In this document: in pieces, positions 54,869 through 62,552 of the stretch
Numbering within the stretch: position 1 is the stretch's first letter
How the letters are laid out: the number at the start of each line of letters is the position of its first letter
NCBI GenBank assembly: GCA_036507115.1
Contig: DASXQO010000116.1
Location: 1 to 62,552 of the forward strand
DNA from: Candidatus Eiseniibacteriota bacterium
Lineage (GTDB): Bacteria; Eisenbacteria; RBG-16-71-46; SZUA-252
Reading direction: 5' to 3'
DNA: 62,552 bases
The notes under the pieces: model-generated
What the model was told of the DNA's origin: nothing
Database searches by the model: none
The model's input: only the letters and a program-made list of their open reading frames with translations
Translations under genes and position numbers: made by a program

Positions 54869-56298
54869 GGGGTTACCTCCACCACGAGATCTGCTCCCGG
54901 CGGGGCGAGGGCCAAGCCGCCCGACCCGTGCAGCTCCGCGAGCGCCGCCACGGCCCTCGGATCGAACTGCGAGCCCGCGTGCCGGTCGAGCTCGGCGAGC
55001 GCCCGGGCCAGGGGAAGGCCCTTGCGGTACGGCCGGTCCGACGTCATCGCGTCGAATGCGTCGCAGACGTGGATGATCCTCGCGCCCAGCGGCACCTCGG
55101 AATCAGCGAGCCCGGTCGGGTAGCCGCGGCCATCCGGCCGCCAGTGGTGCGTGCGCACCATCGCGGCCGCGTAGCGGAGCGCGCGGATCTGCCCGACGAT
55201 GCGCGCGCCCGCCTCGGGATGGCGCATCATGAGCCGCCGCTCGTCGGGATCGAGCGCGTGAGGCTTCCGGATCACCTCGGGACGCTGCGCGATCTTTCCG
55301 ATGTCGTGGCAGAGCGCCGCGTAGTGGATCGTTTCCACCTCGTCCTCCCGCAGCCCGAGGTGGCGGGCCACGCGCACCGAATACTCGGCCACCCGAACCG
55401 AGTGCTCGTGCGTGTACGGGTCCACCGAGTCGAGCACCACGCTCAACGCGCGCACGAAGCTCACGAGGTCCCCTTTCAGGTCGGCGTAGAGCTGGAGCGC
55501 GTAGCGCGCGAAGAGGAGCGGGAGCACGAGGAGCAGCACCCCCGGGATTCCCGCCGCGGTGCGCACCTGCGCGAAGAGAAGCCCGAAGCCGATCGAGAGC
55601 GCGTACTGCGGGACGCCGTCGCGGAACTGGTGGCGCCAGATCCGGCCGGGGTCTTCCCCGGTGCGGGTTCCCATGACGAGACTGACCGTGCTCGTGTTGA
55701 GCATGAAGTAGAGGGAGCCCGCGAGAAGCACCGGAAGGAGATTGTGCGCAAGATCCTGCGCGCCCAGCGAACCACCCGCGGCGAGGAAGGCCGATCCCGC
55801 GAGGATCGTGGTGGAGGCGTAGAGGCCCGCGTTGAGCGTCGCCTCGCCGGGCGGCCGACGCAAGATCAGCATCTGCGCGACGATCGTGGTGACGAGATCG
55901 AGCGCGCCCGCGATCCAGGGGCCGAACAGGAGGATCGCGCCCACGTCCAGGATCGACGCGATGGTCATCGTGGGACCGCGGACCATCGGCACCGGAAGCG
56001 CTTCCGCCACGAGGAGCAGCGCGAACCAGACGCCGAGCCCCCACGGGTCCCAGCGCGTCTGTTTCACCTCGGGCCCGCCGAAGAGCGCCAGCAGGACCGG
56101 GAGCGCCGCGAGGACGGACGGCAGAAGCAGCCACACGAGACGCGTGTTCCGCCCGGCGCGCGCGCCGGAGGCCGGCTTCTGCTCGAGCGGCGTCACCAAC
56201 TCCGCTTCCAGTCTCCGGCCCAAGTCCCCTCCCCTCGCGAATGGGTACCGCTTCCGCACGGAGTGTGCCAGGGTGCGTTCCCCGGCGCCAGAGGACAA
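54865..56298 (-). CDS. Membrane-bound HD-GYP domain protein (probable c-di-GMP phosphodiesterase)
   Basis: The N-terminal half has about 6-7 hydrophobic helices. The C-terminal half carries HSVRVA, HDIGK, HHWRPDGRGYP and DAFDAMTSDRPYR. Its stop overlaps the purM start by 4 nt. The start codon (TTG 56298) is uncertain. Confidence 0.8.
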   Translation of the reverse strand: MSSGAGERTLAHSVRKRYPFARGGDLGRRLEAELVTPLEQKPASGARAGRNTRLVWLLLPSVLAALPVLLALFGGPEVKQTRWDPWGLGVWFALLLVAEALPVPMVRGPTMTIASILDVGAILLFGPWIAGALDLVTTIVAQMLILRRPPGEATLNAGLYASTTILAGSAFLAAGGSLGAQDLAHNLLPVLLAGSLYFMLNTSTVSLVMGTRTGEDPGRIWRHQFRDGVPQYALSIGFGLLFAQVRTAAGIPGVLLLVLPLLFARYALQLYADLKGDLVSFVRALSVVLDSVDPYTHEHSVRVAEYSVRVARHLGLREDEVETIHYAALCHDIGKIAQRPEVIRKPHALDPDERRLMMRHPEAGARIVGQIRALRYAAAMVRTHHWRPDGRGYPTGLADSEVPLGARIIHVCDAFDAMTSDRPYRKGLPLARALAELDRHAGSQFDPRAVAALAELHGSGGLALAPPGADLVVEVTP

Positions 56299-56374
56299 CT
56301 TCCGGCCGAAGCGCCACGTCGGCCGGCGCTCCGGATCGCGCGCGCCCTCGCCGCGCGTCGGCGGATCGACGGCG

Positions 56375-57304
56375 TCAACGAAGGAGCCGTGCCGTGTCCT
56401 CCAGGCTGAAGCGGGTCATCGTGGTGATCGCGTCCGCGCGCCGAAGGACTTCCGCACGCTTCACGCGGAGGAGTCCGGCCACGCCGAAATCCTCCACGGT
56501 GAAGGATGCCATCACGCATCCGTAGACGACCGCGGCGCGGAGCGTCCGGTCGGTGAGGCGCCCCATGCGCGCGAGCGCGCCGAAGAATCCTCCCGCGAAG
56601 GTGTCCCCGGCGCCGGTCGGATCGATCACGCTCTCGATCGGGACCGCCGGGCACGTGAAGTAGAGATCGCTCTGCTGCAAGAACGCCCCGTGCTCTCCCT
56701 GCTTGATGACCACCGTTTCGGGACCGAGGCTCAGGATCGCCCGCGCGGCCCGGTGCGTGAGCGACTCGCCGGTCAGCTCGCGCGCCTCCTCCTCGTTGAT
56801 CAGGAGAATCCGGACGCGCTTGAAGATCGAAAGAAGCTCCTCGCGTTTTCCGTGGATCCAGTAGTTCATCGTGTCGCAGAGGACGAGGCGGGGGTTCGTG
56901 AGCTGATCGAGCACCTCACGCTGCAAGACCGGATCGATGTTGGCGAGGAAGACGTTCGAGAAGGAACGCAGACCGTCGTGGAGCTTCGGACGGAAATGCT
57001 CGAACACGTTGAGCTCCGTGCGCAGCGTCTCGCGCGTGTTCATGTCGCGGCTGTAGACCCCTTCCCACCGGAAGGTCTTTCCCTCCCGAACCTCGAGACC
57101 CGAGAGATCCAGGTCCGGATGCTCGAGCGCGCGCCGGGCCTCGGCCGGGAAATCGGTCCCGACCACGGCCACCAGCGACACCGGGAGAAAATGCCGCGCG
57201 GCGAGCGCGAAGTAGGCGGCCGATCCTCCGAGCACCTCCTCCACCCGGCCGGCGGGGGTTTCGATCGTGTCCAGACCCAGCGAACCGACGACGGCAATCG
57301 CCAT
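56375..57304 (-). CDS. PfkB-family carbohydrate/nucleoside kinase
   Basis: The protein runs MAIAVVGSLGLD.... The C-terminal motif DPTGAGDTFAGGF is typical of ribokinase and PfkB kinases. The ATG start lies 2 nt after the argS stop. Confidence 0.75.
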   Translation of the reverse strand: MAIAVVGSLGLDTIETPAGRVEEVLGGSAAYFALAARHFLPVSLVAVVGTDFPAEARRALEHPDLDLSGLEVREGKTFRWEGVYSRDMNTRETLRTELNVFEHFRPKLHDGLRSFSNVFLANIDPVLQREVLDQLTNPRLVLCDTMNYWIHGKREELLSIFKRVRILLINEEEARELTGESLTHRAARAILSLGPETVVIKQGEHGAFLQQSDLYFTCPAVPIESVIDPTGAGDTFAGGFFGALARMGRLTDRTLRAAVVYGCVMASFTVEDFGVAGLLRVKRAEVLRRADAITTMTRFSLEDTARLLR

Positions 57305-57306
57305 GG

Positions 57307-58986
57307 CTACATCGACTCCGGCGCGCTCACGCCCAGAAGGTGGAGCCCGCGGCGGAAGACGACCCCCGTCGCCCGGATGAGGAGGAGCCTTGCGGCGGTC
57401 ACCGGCGCGTCCGGGCTCACCACGCGGTGCTGGTGATAAAACGAATGAAACTTGGCCGCCAATTCCTTGAGGTACATGGGAATACGATGAGGCTCCCGGT
57501 GCTTCGCCGCGGCCGCGATCAGCGAAGGAAACCCGGCGAGGCCGCGTAGCAAGATCAGCGTCTCGGCCTCGTGCAGGAGGTCGGGCCGCGCGGATTCCGG
57601 ACCCGGTTCGGGCACACCCTGCTGGCGGGCGTAATCGAGCACGTGCGCGATCCGCGCGTGCGCGTACTGGACGTAGTACACGGGATTGTCCTCGCTCCGC
57701 TTCACCGCCAGCTCGAGATCGAAATCCATGGGACTCTCGGCCCGACGCATCAGGAAGAAGAAGCGCGCGGCGTCGACCCCCACCTCCTCCACGAGCTCCT
57801 CCATGCTGATGAAGTCGCCGGAGCGCTTCGACATTTTCACGACCTCGCCGCCGCGGAGGAGCTTCACCCACTGGAGGGTGATCACGTCGAAGCGGGCTGG
57901 ATCATGACCCAGGGCTTCGAGCACCCCCTTCATCCGCACGATGTGGCCGTGGTGGTCGGGACCCAGGATGTCGATGAGGCGCTCGTATCCACGGGCGAAC
58001 TTGTCGTCGTGATAGGCCGTGTCGGGAAGCACGTACGTCGGCACGCCGTTCGAGCGGACCACGACCCGGTCCTCCTGGTCGCCGAACTGCGTGGCGCGAA
58101 ACCAGAGCGCGCCGTCCTTCTCATAGACATGCCCCCGGTCGCGGAGACGCGCGAGCGCCCGCTCGACCTGGCCGGTGCGATGCAGCTCGCCCTCCCGGTA
58201 CCAGCGTTTGATGGCGACGCCGAAGCCTTCGAGCTGGGCGCGCTGGCGCTCGACCATGAGGTCGATCGCGGCCCGCCCGAACTCGAGCCGCTGCTCGCGC
58301 TCCGGGAACTTGAGCCAGCGCTTCGCTTCCTCCCGGTCGAGCTTTGCCGCCGCATCCGCGACGTACTCGCCGCCGTATCCCTCCTCGGGAATCGCCGGCG
58401 CCGGGAGGCCGAGCGACTCCGCGAAGCGGGTCCGAACGGACGCGCCGAAAAGCTCGGCTTGCGTGCCCCAATCGTTCACGTAGAACTCGCCGTCGGCCGC
58501 GTATCCCGCCGCGTTCAGGATGCGGAGCAACGCGTCCCCGAAGGAGGCGGCCCGCGCGTTGACCACGTTCAACGGCCCGGTCGGATTGGCGCTCACGTAT
58601 TCCACGAGGACCTTCTCCCCACGGCCCACCGAGGAGCTGCCGTAAGAATCCGGACTCGCGAGGATGCGGCGGACGTTCGCGGCGAGCCAGGCGGGTGCAA
58701 GTCTGAAGTTGAGGAATCCCGCGCCCGCGATCTCCACGCCGCTCACGACGTCGGGCTCGAGTTCGAGCGCCTTGCGGAGCGCCTCGGCCACCTCACGCGG
58801 AGGCTTGCGCGCGGTCTTCGCGAGTGTCAGGGCGACGGGCGTAGCCCAGTCGCCGTGCTCCGGCTCGCGCGGGACCTCGACATCGATGCGGGCTCCTTCG
58901 GGCAGCGTGAAACCGGCTCGCGCGATCGCCTCGTCGAGGCGCTCGGCGAGATAGGCTTCAATCGGCCACGGTTTCTCGGTGGGCAT
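57307..58986 (-). CDS. argS: Arginine--tRNA ligase
   Basis: 559 aa. It has the Arg_tRNA_synt_N domain, the class I motif region SANPTGPLNVVNAR, KMSKRSG and a DALR anticodon-binding end. Confidence 0.9.
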   Translation of the reverse strand: MPTEKPWPIEAYLAERLDEAIARAGFTLPEGARIDVEVPREPEHGDWATPVALTLAKTARKPPREVAEALRKALELEPDVVSGVEIAGAGFLNFRLAPAWLAANVRRILASPDSYGSSSVGRGEKVLVEYVSANPTGPLNVVNARAASFGDALLRILNAAGYAADGEFYVNDWGTQAELFGASVRTRFAESLGLPAPAIPEEGYGGEYVADAAAKLDREEAKRWLKFPEREQRLEFGRAAIDLMVERQRAQLEGFGVAIKRWYREGELHRTGQVERALARLRDRGHVYEKDGALWFRATQFGDQEDRVVVRSNGVPTYVLPDTAYHDDKFARGYERLIDILGPDHHGHIVRMKGVLEALGHDPARFDVITLQWVKLLRGGEVVKMSKRSGDFISMEELVEEVGVDAARFFFLMRRAESPMDFDLELAVKRSEDNPVYYVQYAHARIAHVLDYARQQGVPEPGPESARPDLLHEAETLILLRGLAGFPSLIAAAAKHREPHRIPMYLKELAAKFHSFYHQHRVVSPDAPVTAARLLLIRATGVVFRRGLHLLGVSAPESM

Positions 58987-59326
58987 CGCCCCAGAGCTTG
59001 TCGAGGAGGTAGTATTCGCGGGCCCGCGTATGGAACACGTGCACCACGAAATCGACGTAGTCGAGAAGGATCCAGCGCCGGGCCTCGTAGCCCTCGACGT
59101 GCCACGGCCGGATGCCGCGCGCGCGCATTCCCTCGTCGACCGCGTCCGCGATCGCCCGGGTCTGAACCTCGGATTGCCCGGTCGCGAGCACGAAGTAGTC
59201 GCAGACGCCGTCCAGCTCCCGTAGGTCCAGGATCACCACGTCCTCGGCGCGCTTGGTCAAGGTCATGCGCGCGGCCTCGCGCGCAAGGTCCTGGGCGGGA
59301 ATGTTCAGGGCGGGAAGCGGGGTCAA
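58958..59326 (-). CDS. rsfS: Ribosomal silencing factor RsfS
   Basis: 122 aa. Matching segments are DVVILDLRE....DYFVLATGQS..Q..AIAD.V, W.LLDY.D.VVH.F and R..Y.L..LW. Confidence 0.85.
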   Translation of the reverse strand: MTPLPALNIPAQDLAREAARMTLTKRAEDVVILDLRELDGVCDYFVLATGQSEVQTRAIADAVDEGMRARGIRPWHVEGYEARRWILLDYVDFVVHVFHTRAREYYLLDKLWGDAHRETVAD

Positions 59327-60342
59327 CGCTCGCGCGTCACCGCGTACCGCACGGCGTTCTGCAGAGATTCACGGATCTCCACGTCCGGGATCGATTCGAG
59401 CTCTTCCTCCGCGCGGTCCGCCAGCTCGGCGCTCCGCTTCTGGCTGTATGCGACGCCGCCGTGGACGGTAACGAACCGGACGACGTCGGACCAGTGGCCG
59501 TTCCGGAAATCACGCGATCGGATGAGATCTTCCATGTCGCTGCGCTCGCGGGCGGGAGCCTCGCGAAAGGCGTTGATCAGAGGGAGCGTGATCTTCCCGC
59601 CGTCGAGGTCGTTCCCCATCGCCTTCCCGGTGACCTTCTCGGCGCCCAGGTAATCGAAAAGATCGTCCGTGATCTGAAACGCGAGCCCCACGGCGCGACC
59701 GAAGCGGTTGAGCGCGGCGCGACCCTTTCCGGTAGCGCCCCCCGCGTTCGCCCCCAGCTCGCAGCCCGCGGACATGAGGCACGCGGTCTTCTCGTCGATC
59801 ACGCGCATGTATTCGGTCTCCGTCAGATCGAGACGGTTCTTCTGCTCGATCTGGCGCAGCTCTCCCTGGCTCATCCGGTGGGTCGCGTCGGCCAGGAGAT
59901 CCATGGCCTCGTACATGCGCTTGTGAACCAGGATCGAGAACGCCTTGGAGTAGAGATAATCCCCCATCAGAATCGCGGTGTCGTTGTTGAACGCGCTGTT
60001 CACGGTCGGAAGTCCGCGGCGGAGGAGGCTCTTGTCGACGCTATCGTCGTGGATCAGGGTCGCCGTGTGGATCAGCTCGACGACCACGGCCCCGAAGACC
60101 GCCTCGTCCGTGACGCGGCCGAAGCCTCTCGCGGCGAGGAGTACGAGGGTGGGGCGGAAGCGCTTCCCGTACGCGCGATGCAGGTGCGCGCCTACCGTTC
60201 CGACCAGGCCGACGTCGCAGAGGAACGCCTCGTCGAGCTCGGTTTGAAACCGCTCGAACGGCTCCGCGATCGGGCTCCGGATAGCCTCCAGCGTCGGTGC
60301 TTCCGCCGGAAGCACTTCTGGCGCTTGTCTGCGAGCGGTCAA
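59323..60342 (-). CDS. Polyprenyl diphosphate synthase (trans-IPPS, IspB-like)
   Basis: FARM is LIHDDSVD and SARM is DDLFD; KRFRP is also present. The likely TTG start at 60342 is preceded by GGGAG. The track ORF start at 60672 is rejected as an extension. Confidence 0.8.
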   Translation of the reverse strand: MTARRQAPEVLPAEAPTLEAIRSPIAEPFERFQTELDEAFLCDVGLVGTVGAHLHRAYGKRFRPTLVLLAARGFGRVTDEAVFGAVVVELIHTATLIHDDSVDKSLLRRGLPTVNSAFNNDTAILMGDYLYSKAFSILVHKRMYEAMDLLADATHRMSQGELRQIEQKNRLDLTETEYMRVIDEKTACLMSAGCELGANAGGATGKGRAALNRFGRAVGLAFQITDDLFDYLGAEKVTGKAMGNDLDGGKITLPLINAFREAPARERSDMEDLIRSRDFRNGHWSDVVRFVTVHGGVAYSQKRSAELADRAEEELESIPDVEIRESLQNAVRYAVTRER

Positions 60343-60385
60343 TGGGCTCCCTAGCGCAAGGTATCTATGTGGACCGGCCGCCAGC

Positions 60386-61771
60386 CTAGGTCCCGGAGCC
60401 GGGGGTGTCAACCGAAAACCCCGCTCGGATCCGCTCCAAAAGCCGCTCCCGCGTGTTGAGCGCGGGATTCTCCAGCACTTCTTCGAGGAGTTGATCCAGG
60501 ATCTCCCCCACTTTGGGACCCGGAGGGAGGTCGAGGACTTCCATGACGTCCGCTCCGTCCACGGCGAGGTCCCGCACCGAAAGCGCCTCCTCCTTCTCGA
60601 GGATCGCTTCCACCCGGGAGCGAAGCTCCTCGAGGTAGTGCGGGAAACCGGTCTTGAGGCCATTCCCGACATTGTCCGCGATCCTGAGATCGAACAGATC
60701 CGCGATGTGCTCCACGCCCACGCTCCGGATGAAGCGGCGCACCGCGGCGTCCGTCCATTCGGGGCGGTAGTCGAACATGTGCTGGCGCACGAGGTGGATC
60801 ACACGATCCGTCATCCCCCGGCTGAAGCGGAGCCGCTCCATCGCCTCCTCCGTCAACCGCGCCCCCACGAACTGATGGTTGTAGAACGTGGCCTCGCCGC
60901 CCTGGCGCTCCTCGCGGGTCAGGGGCTTCCCCACGTCGTGGAACAGCGCCGCGAGCCGCACCACCGGTTTCTCGGCGGGCGCCGCGTCGCAGGTGTAGAG
61001 GGTGTGGAAGTACACGTCGTAGGCGTGATAGCGGTTCTGAGGCACCGCGACACAGGCGTGAAGCTCCGGCAGCCAGATTTCGAGGAGCCCCGCCTTGCGC
61101 AGCACCTCGAAGCCGCGCGAGGGCTTCGGGGCCCGGAGCATCTTCATGAGCTCGTCCTGTACCCGCTCGGCCGCGACCCGGCCTACCTCGGACCGCGCGT
61201 CTGGAAGCGCGCGCGCGGTCCCCGCCTCGAGGTCGAACTCGAGAGTGGCCGCGAAGCGCGCCGCACGGATCGGCCGGAGGCCGTCCTCGCGGAATCGCTC
61301 CGCCGGCTCCCCTACCGCGCGCAGGAGCCGCGACGTGAGATCGGGGATCCCTCCGGTGGGATCGACGAGCCGGCCGGTCAAGGGATCCCAGGCAATCGCA
61401 TTGACCGTGAAGTCGCGCCGCTTGAGGTCCTCCTCCAGCTCGCGGACGAAGGTCACGCGCTCGGGACGGCGCGCGTCCTTGTATTCGGACTCGACCCGGA
61501 AGGTCGTGACCTCGCAGGGGCCGGCCGCCGTGGGGATGGTGACGGTGCCGAAGCGGAATCCGGTCGCGATCGCCTTCGGATAGAGGAGCAGCACTTCCTC
61601 GGGGGTCGCGCTCGTCCCCACGTCCCAATCTTTGAGCGAGGGCGCGCCACGCAGCAGCTCCCGTGTTGCGCCTCCGATCACGTAGGCGCGGTGCCCCGAC
61701 TCTTGCAGTCGACGCAGAACGGCCAGGATGGGCTCCGGGACGAGGGAGGAAGACAAGCGCGCCGAGGTCAT
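60386..61771 (-). CDS. cca: CCA-adding enzyme / tRNA nucleotidyltransferase with HD domain
   Basis: From MTSARLSS (ATG 61771). Matching segments are YVIGGATRELL, DWDV, RRDFTVNA, LRPIRAARF and the HD region LFHDVGK. Confidence 0.8.
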   Translation of the reverse strand: MTSARLSSSLVPEPILAVLRRLQESGHRAYVIGGATRELLRGAPSLKDWDVGTSATPEEVLLLYPKAIATGFRFGTVTIPTAAGPCEVTTFRVESEYKDARRPERVTFVRELEEDLKRRDFTVNAIAWDPLTGRLVDPTGGIPDLTSRLLRAVGEPAERFREDGLRPIRAARFAATLEFDLEAGTARALPDARSEVGRVAAERVQDELMKMLRAPKPSRGFEVLRKAGLLEIWLPELHACVAVPQNRYHAYDVYFHTLYTCDAAPAEKPVVRLAALFHDVGKPLTREERQGGEATFYNHQFVGARLTEEAMERLRFSRGMTDRVIHLVRQHMFDYRPEWTDAAVRRFIRSVGVEHIADLFDLRIADNVGNGLKTGFPHYLEELRSRVEAILEKEEALSVRDLAVDGADVMEVLDLPPGPKVGEILDQLLEEVLENPALNTRERLLERIRAGFSVDTPGSGT

Positions 61772-61816
61772 CGCATGGGATGGTATCAGAGCGGTGCTTC
61801 GCGTAGCATCCGGCGC

Positions 61817-62212
61817 ATGGGACCGAAAGGCCGCCCGACAGGAGCGACCGGCCGCGCGATGTTCCTCGCGCTCGCGGCCGCGCTTGCGGCCGCCCTCGCC
61901 ATGGGGTCCTTCCCCGGTTCCGCTTCGGCCGAGCCGCTCTTCCTCTCCGCGGCCGACCAGGGGTCCTGGATCGCGGCCGACAAGGAGCTCCACTTCGCCG
62001 GCTCGCTCGCAATCGCGGCTTCCCTGCGGGTCGAAGGACAATCCCGGAAGACCGCGCTGGCGGCGACCTTCGGCATCGGACTGCTCAAGGAGGCCTACGA
62101 CGTGGCGCTCAAGCCGAAGCGGATGAAACGCGGCGCGAGCTGGAAGGATCTCGCCGCCGATCTCGCGGGCGCGCTCGCGGGCATGGCGATCCTGAGCGCG
62201 ATCGACCGCTAG
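61817..62212 (+). CDS. Small exported protein, YfiM/DUF2279-like (tentative)
   Basis: This is the C-terminal part of a long plus-strand track ORF. The signal peptide is MFLALAAALAAALAMGSFPGSASA. The motifs DKELHFAGS, LLKEAYD and ASWKDLAADLAGA resemble YfiM-type lipoproteins from memory. The start is either ATG 61817 or ATG 61859. Confidence 0.5.
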   Translation: MGPKGRPTGATGRAMFLALAAALAAALAMGSFPGSASAEPLFLSAADQGSWIAADKELHFAGSLAIAASLRVEGQSRKTALAATFGIGLLKEAYDVALKPKRMKRGASWKDLAADLAGALAGMAILSAIDR

Positions 62213-62245
62213 AGAGGGCCGGCCGTGGCCCCGAAGAACCGGGGA

Positions 62246-62552
62246 TCAGGGAATCGACGTCCGCTCTCGCGGGCCGAAGTACTTCGCCATCGCCCGCTTG
62301 GTCCGGCCGTACCGGGGCCAGCGGCGAAGCACGTCACTCCATACGGCTCGAGCCGAGTCCGGCTGGCCCGTGTTCCGGAACGCAAGCCCCAGGTTATGGA
62401 GGTAGTCCGGCCGATTCCCGTCGATCCTCACAGCCTCTTGGAACTCGTGCAGGGCCTCCCGGTACCGTCCCGCATCCGAGTAGCAGATGCCCAGGTTCGT
62501 CCGGGTCCCCGCTCGGTTCGGGCTCCGCCGCAGGGCCTCGGTGAGAAAGGGA
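62246..62552 (-). CDS. TPR-repeat protein (N-terminal part lies beyond the window edge)
   Basis: Own translation of the minus strand to the window edge gives ...NLGICYSDAGRYREALHEFQEAVRIDGNRPDYLHNLGLAFRNTGQPDSARAVWSDVLRRWP.... These are clear TPR units. The stop is at 62246. Confidence 0.7.
   Translation of the reverse strand, partial: PFLTEALRRSPNRAGTRTNLGICYSDAGRYREALHEFQEAVRIDGNRPDYLHNLGLAFRNTGQPDSARAVWSDVLRRWPRYGRTKRAMAKYFGPRERTSIP

Overview
This is a 62.5-kb, strongly GC-rich and very compact chromosomal segment from a diderm, LPS-making bacterium. The lineage cannot be fixed from sequence alone. The LpxC-FabZ fusion and the ExbB-ExbD-ExbD-TonB/TPR/PstS-like arrangement are reminiscent of FCB-group or Gemmatimonadota-like lineages. 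I call 55 protein-coding genes, 52 of them on the minus strand.

Gene order from the left edge:
- A tonB-exbD-exbD-exbB energy-transduction operon preceded by STAS, TPR and PstS-like genes, then asnS.
- A lone plus-strand pair: a TPR/Cys-rich polytopic membrane protein and a PATAN/DUF4388 protein.
- A roughly 20-kb LPS and outer-membrane supercluster: GT9, kbl-tdh, 2-hydroxyacid dehydrogenase, GT9, msbA, a small unknown gene, nadB, lpxK, waaA, lpxB, a Gfo/Idh/MocA gene, lpxA, lpxC-fabZ, lpxD, skp, bamA.
- clpC-mcsB-mcsA, lolDE, lysS, and an orphan GspE/PilB-like ATPase.
- purF, a PurS-like gene, purQ, purL, purB, then htrA, truA, an ecfT-like gene, lnt, an oxidoreductase, a sensor-less sigma54 activator, purM, an HD-GYP protein, pfkB, argS, rsfS, a polyprenyl synthase and cca.
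- A YfiM-like gene and a partial TPR gene at the right edge.

I recognised no rRNA, tRNA, CRISPR array, transposase, integrase or prophage gene. The window reads as core genome rather than an accessory or defence island, and I found no clear novel system, so interest scores are moderate.

Observations most worth a second look:
1. The isolated plus-strand membrane/PATAN pair with a leaderless-type promoter.
2. The orphan GspE-like ATPase with an intact MshEN c-di-GMP motif and an extra C-terminal double zinc ribbon.
3. mcsA-mcsB-clpC translationally coupled to bamA.
4. Probable non-canonical start codons for lnt (ATT or CTG) and lpxB (CTG).
5. A tandem-duplicated PurS.
6. A GnnA-like oxidoreductase between lpxA and lpxB, with no lpxH/I/G in the cluster.

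All calls rest on my own reading of the translations and nucleotide motifs. No database search was run.
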